From assembly GCA_943332445.1 (NCBI GenBank), contig CALQPL010000001.1:1-24062 (forward strand): DNA of 24,062 nucleotides, in the 5' to 3' direction. Origin of the DNA: Bifidobacterium breve (GTDB taxonomy: Bacteria; Actinomycetota; Actinomycetes; UBA12327). A program made the position numbers and the translations under genes. Positions 21,979-24,062 of this stretch are shown one piece after another. Under the pieces are notes generated by a model that searched no databases, was not told the origin of the DNA, and saw only the letters and a program-made list of their open reading frames with translations. Numbering within the stretch: the stretch's first letter is position 1; every line of letters begins with the position of its first letter.

Positions 21979-23292
21979 GTGCTTAACGCATTCGTCTCGG
22001 CGTTCAAGACGCCTGACCTGCGACGCAAGCTGCTTTTTGTGTTGGCCATGGTCGGCTTGTACCGACTCGGTTCTGTCACGCCAACTCCTGGTGTTTCGTA
22101 CGAAGCCATTCAGACCTGTGTCAACAGTGTGGGTGACAGTTCCATTTATGGTCTGATCAACCTGTTCAGTGGTGGCGCGCTCTTGCAGTTGACAGTGTTC
22201 GCTTTGGGCGTCTTGCCATACATCACGGCGAGCATCATCTTCCAACTTTTGACCGTGGTCATTCCTCGCCTCGAGACCTTGCAAAAAGAAGGACCCTCGG
22301 GCCAGGCCAAGATCACGCAGTACACGCGTTACCTCACTTTGGGATTGGCTGTCCTTCAATCCACCGCATTGATTTCGATTGCTCGTGAGCCCGGTCGCTT
22401 CATTGCCGGCTGTAACGAAAACATCATCCCGAACCAGTCCTTGTTCATCATCATCATGATGGTGTTGGTCATGACTGCTGGAACCGGTTTGGTCATGTGG
22501 CTTGCCGAGCTCATCACTGACCGCGGTGTGGGTAACGGAATGTCGCTGTTGATCTTCACCTCGATCATCGCCGGCTTCCCAGGCCAAATCTGGCAGATTT
22601 ACAAGACCAAGTCCTTGTTCGTCACCTTGGTGGTCGTTGTGGTGGGTATTGCCATCATCACCGGCATCATCTTTGTCGAGCAGGCTCAGCGCCGCGTCCC
22701 AGTTCAGTACGCCAAGCGCATGGTGGGTCGCCGCATGTATGGCGGAACCTCGACCTACTTGCCGATGAAGCTCAACATGGCTGGTGTTATCCCCGTCATC
22801 TTCGCCTCGTCGCTCCTGTACTTGCCGGTCTTGCTGACCCAATTGGTTGCTCCGGCCGATCCGACCAAGTTGCCACCAGGTTGGGCACAGTGGATTCAAA
22901 ACAACTTCACGCGTGGGGACCACCCGCTCTACGTGCTGGCCTATGCCGGCTTGATCATCTTCTTCACCTACTTCTATGTCGCCATCACGTTCAACCCCGT
23001 TGACGTTGCCGATGACATGAAGAAGTTCGGTGGATTTATTCCTGGTATTCGCGCTGGACGTCCAACCGCGGAATACCTCGACTACGTCATCTCTCGAATC
23101 ACCTTCCCCGGTTCGCTGTACTTGGCGCTGATTGCCGTCTTGCCGTTAGTCGCATTCCAGTTCTTGGGCGTGGGACAAAACTTCATCTTTGGTGGCACCA
23201 GCATCTTGATCATCGTCGGCGTCGGTCTCGATACCGTCAAGCAGATCGAGAGCCAGTTGCAGCAACGCAACTATGAAGGGTTCTTGCGCTAG
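21979..23292 (+). CDS. secY: Preprotein translocase subunit SecY
   Basis: About 10 hydrophobic segments. NLFSGGAL, LGVLPYITASII, GNGMSLLIF, GVIPVIFASS, IPGIRAG, GGTSILIIVGV. Confidence 0.99.
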   Translation: MLNAFVSAFKTPDLRRKLLFVLAMVGLYRLGSVTPTPGVSYEAIQTCVNSVGDSSIYGLINLFSGGALLQLTVFALGVLPYITASIIFQLLTVVIPRLETLQKEGPSGQAKITQYTRYLTLGLAVLQSTALISIAREPGRFIAGCNENIIPNQSLFIIIMMVLVMTAGTGLVMWLAELITDRGVGNGMSLLIFTSIIAGFPGQIWQIYKTKSLFVTLVVVVVGIAIITGIIFVEQAQRRVPVQYAKRMVGRRMYGGTSTYLPMKLNMAGVIPVIFASSLLYLPVLLTQLVAPADPTKLPPGWAQWIQNNFTRGDHPLYVLAYAGLIIFFTYFYVAITFNPVDVADDMKKFGGFIPGIRAGRPTAEYLDYVISRITFPGSLYLALIAVLPLVAFQFLGVGQNFIFGGTSILIIVGVGLDTVKQIESQLQQRNYEGFLR

Positions 23293-23855
23293 TGAGACTG
23301 GTTCTCGTAGGGCCACCTGGTGCTGGCAAGGGGACCCAGGCGCACATCGTGGCCGCACAACTGTCTATCCCGCATATCTCCACGGGCGATATCTTCCGCG
23401 CGAATGTTGCTGGTGGCACCGAGTTAGGTCTCCAGGCTCAACAGTTCATGAATGCTGGTGAACTCGTGCCCGACTCAGTCACCAATGCCATGGTGGCGGA
23501 CCGATTGGCCCAGGCCGATGCTCAAGCCGGCTTTCTGCTTGATGGATACCCACGCAATCGCGAGCAGGCCATCGTTCTTGAAGGGCTCCTGGCCGAACGC
23601 GGTATTGCCTTGGATGCTGTCGTCGAACTTGACGTGGACAACGAGTCCGTCATCGCTCGTTTGCTTGATCGTGCCATCAAGGATGGCCGAGCAGATGACA
23701 CTGAAGAGGTGATCCGCCGCCGCCTCGACGTCTACAGCGAGCAGACGGAGCCCTTGGTGGGTTATTACCGCGAGCACGGTTTGTTGCGCAGTGTTGATGG
23801 AGTGGGTTCCATCGAAGACATCACCGCTCGCATCGTCGCTGCGCTTGCTTCTTAA
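23292..23855 (+). CDS. adk: Adenylate kinase, short-LID type
   Basis: P-loop GPPGAGKGT, HISTGDIFR, GFLLDGYPR, short LID GRADD with no Zn cysteines. TAGTG overlap with secY. Confidence 0.99.
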   Translation: MRLVLVGPPGAGKGTQAHIVAAQLSIPHISTGDIFRANVAGGTELGLQAQQFMNAGELVPDSVTNAMVADRLAQADAQAGFLLDGYPRNREQAIVLEGLLAERGIALDAVVELDVDNESVIARLLDRAIKDGRADDTEEVIRRRLDVYSEQTEPLVGYYREHGLLRSVDGVGSIEDITARIVAALAS

Positions 23856-23863
23856 GTTCTTAC

Positions 23864-24062
23864 ATGTCTTTCCTTCAGCGCATTGACGTCAAGTCAAACG
23901 ATCAGATTGCCTTGATGCGTAAAGCTGGAGCTGTTGTCGGGCAAACTCTGGAGATCTTGCGCGAAGCCGCTCAACCTGGTGTGAGTTTGGCTGAGTTGAA
24001 TGCACTTGCTGAAGATTCCATTCGCACTAGAGGTGCCACTCCATCTTTTCTTGGTTATGGCG
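23864..24062 (+). CDS. map: Type I methionine aminopeptidase, N-terminal part (3' truncated by window edge; absent from the ORF track)
   Basis: Hand translation: MSFLQRIDVKSNDQIALMRKAGAVVGQTLEILREAAQPGVSLAELNALAEDSIRTRGATPSFLGYG. This matches the MetAP N-terminus (KS..I..MR.AG...PG....L......I...GA.PSFLGY) and the canonical secY-adk-map order. Confidence 0.95.
   Translation, partial: MSFLQRIDVKSNDQIALMRKAGAVVGQTLEILREAAQPGVSLAELNALAEDSIRTRGATPSFLGYG

Overview
Core actinobacterial transcription/translation supercluster, almost all on the + strand: 3' part of rpoB, rpoC, then a divergently arranged rpiA (-) / transaldolase (+) pair sitting between rpoC and rpsL, the str operon (rpsL rpsG fusA tuf), the complete S10 and spc clusters (rpsJ to rplO), secY, adk and the 5' part of map. 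Actinobacterial origin is inferred from the beta' helical insertion, the RpoB C-terminus ([21 protein letters not shown]), the S3/L4 tails and the short-LID Adk. I saw no tRNA, rRNA, mobile element or CRISPR array. The protein content is ordinary, so the interesting signal is non-coding. (1) The rpsN-rpsH spacer folds into a UNCG-capped hairpin whose internal loop (5'-AGGUC/GAAACC) matches the architecture of the uS8 binding site in 16S helix 21 and the E. coli spc operator, making it a candidate relocated S8 autoregulatory operator. (2) rpsL has a long, highly structured leader, while the E. coli-type S7 site between rpsL and rpsG cannot exist here (TAATG overlap). (3) A compact three-way-junction candidate precedes rplN. 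(4) The rpiA/tal module has overlapping divergent promoters, a probably leaderless tal, and hairpins embedded reciprocally in the last codons of rpoC and rpiA. All RNA structures were paired by eye; none was computed or searched.
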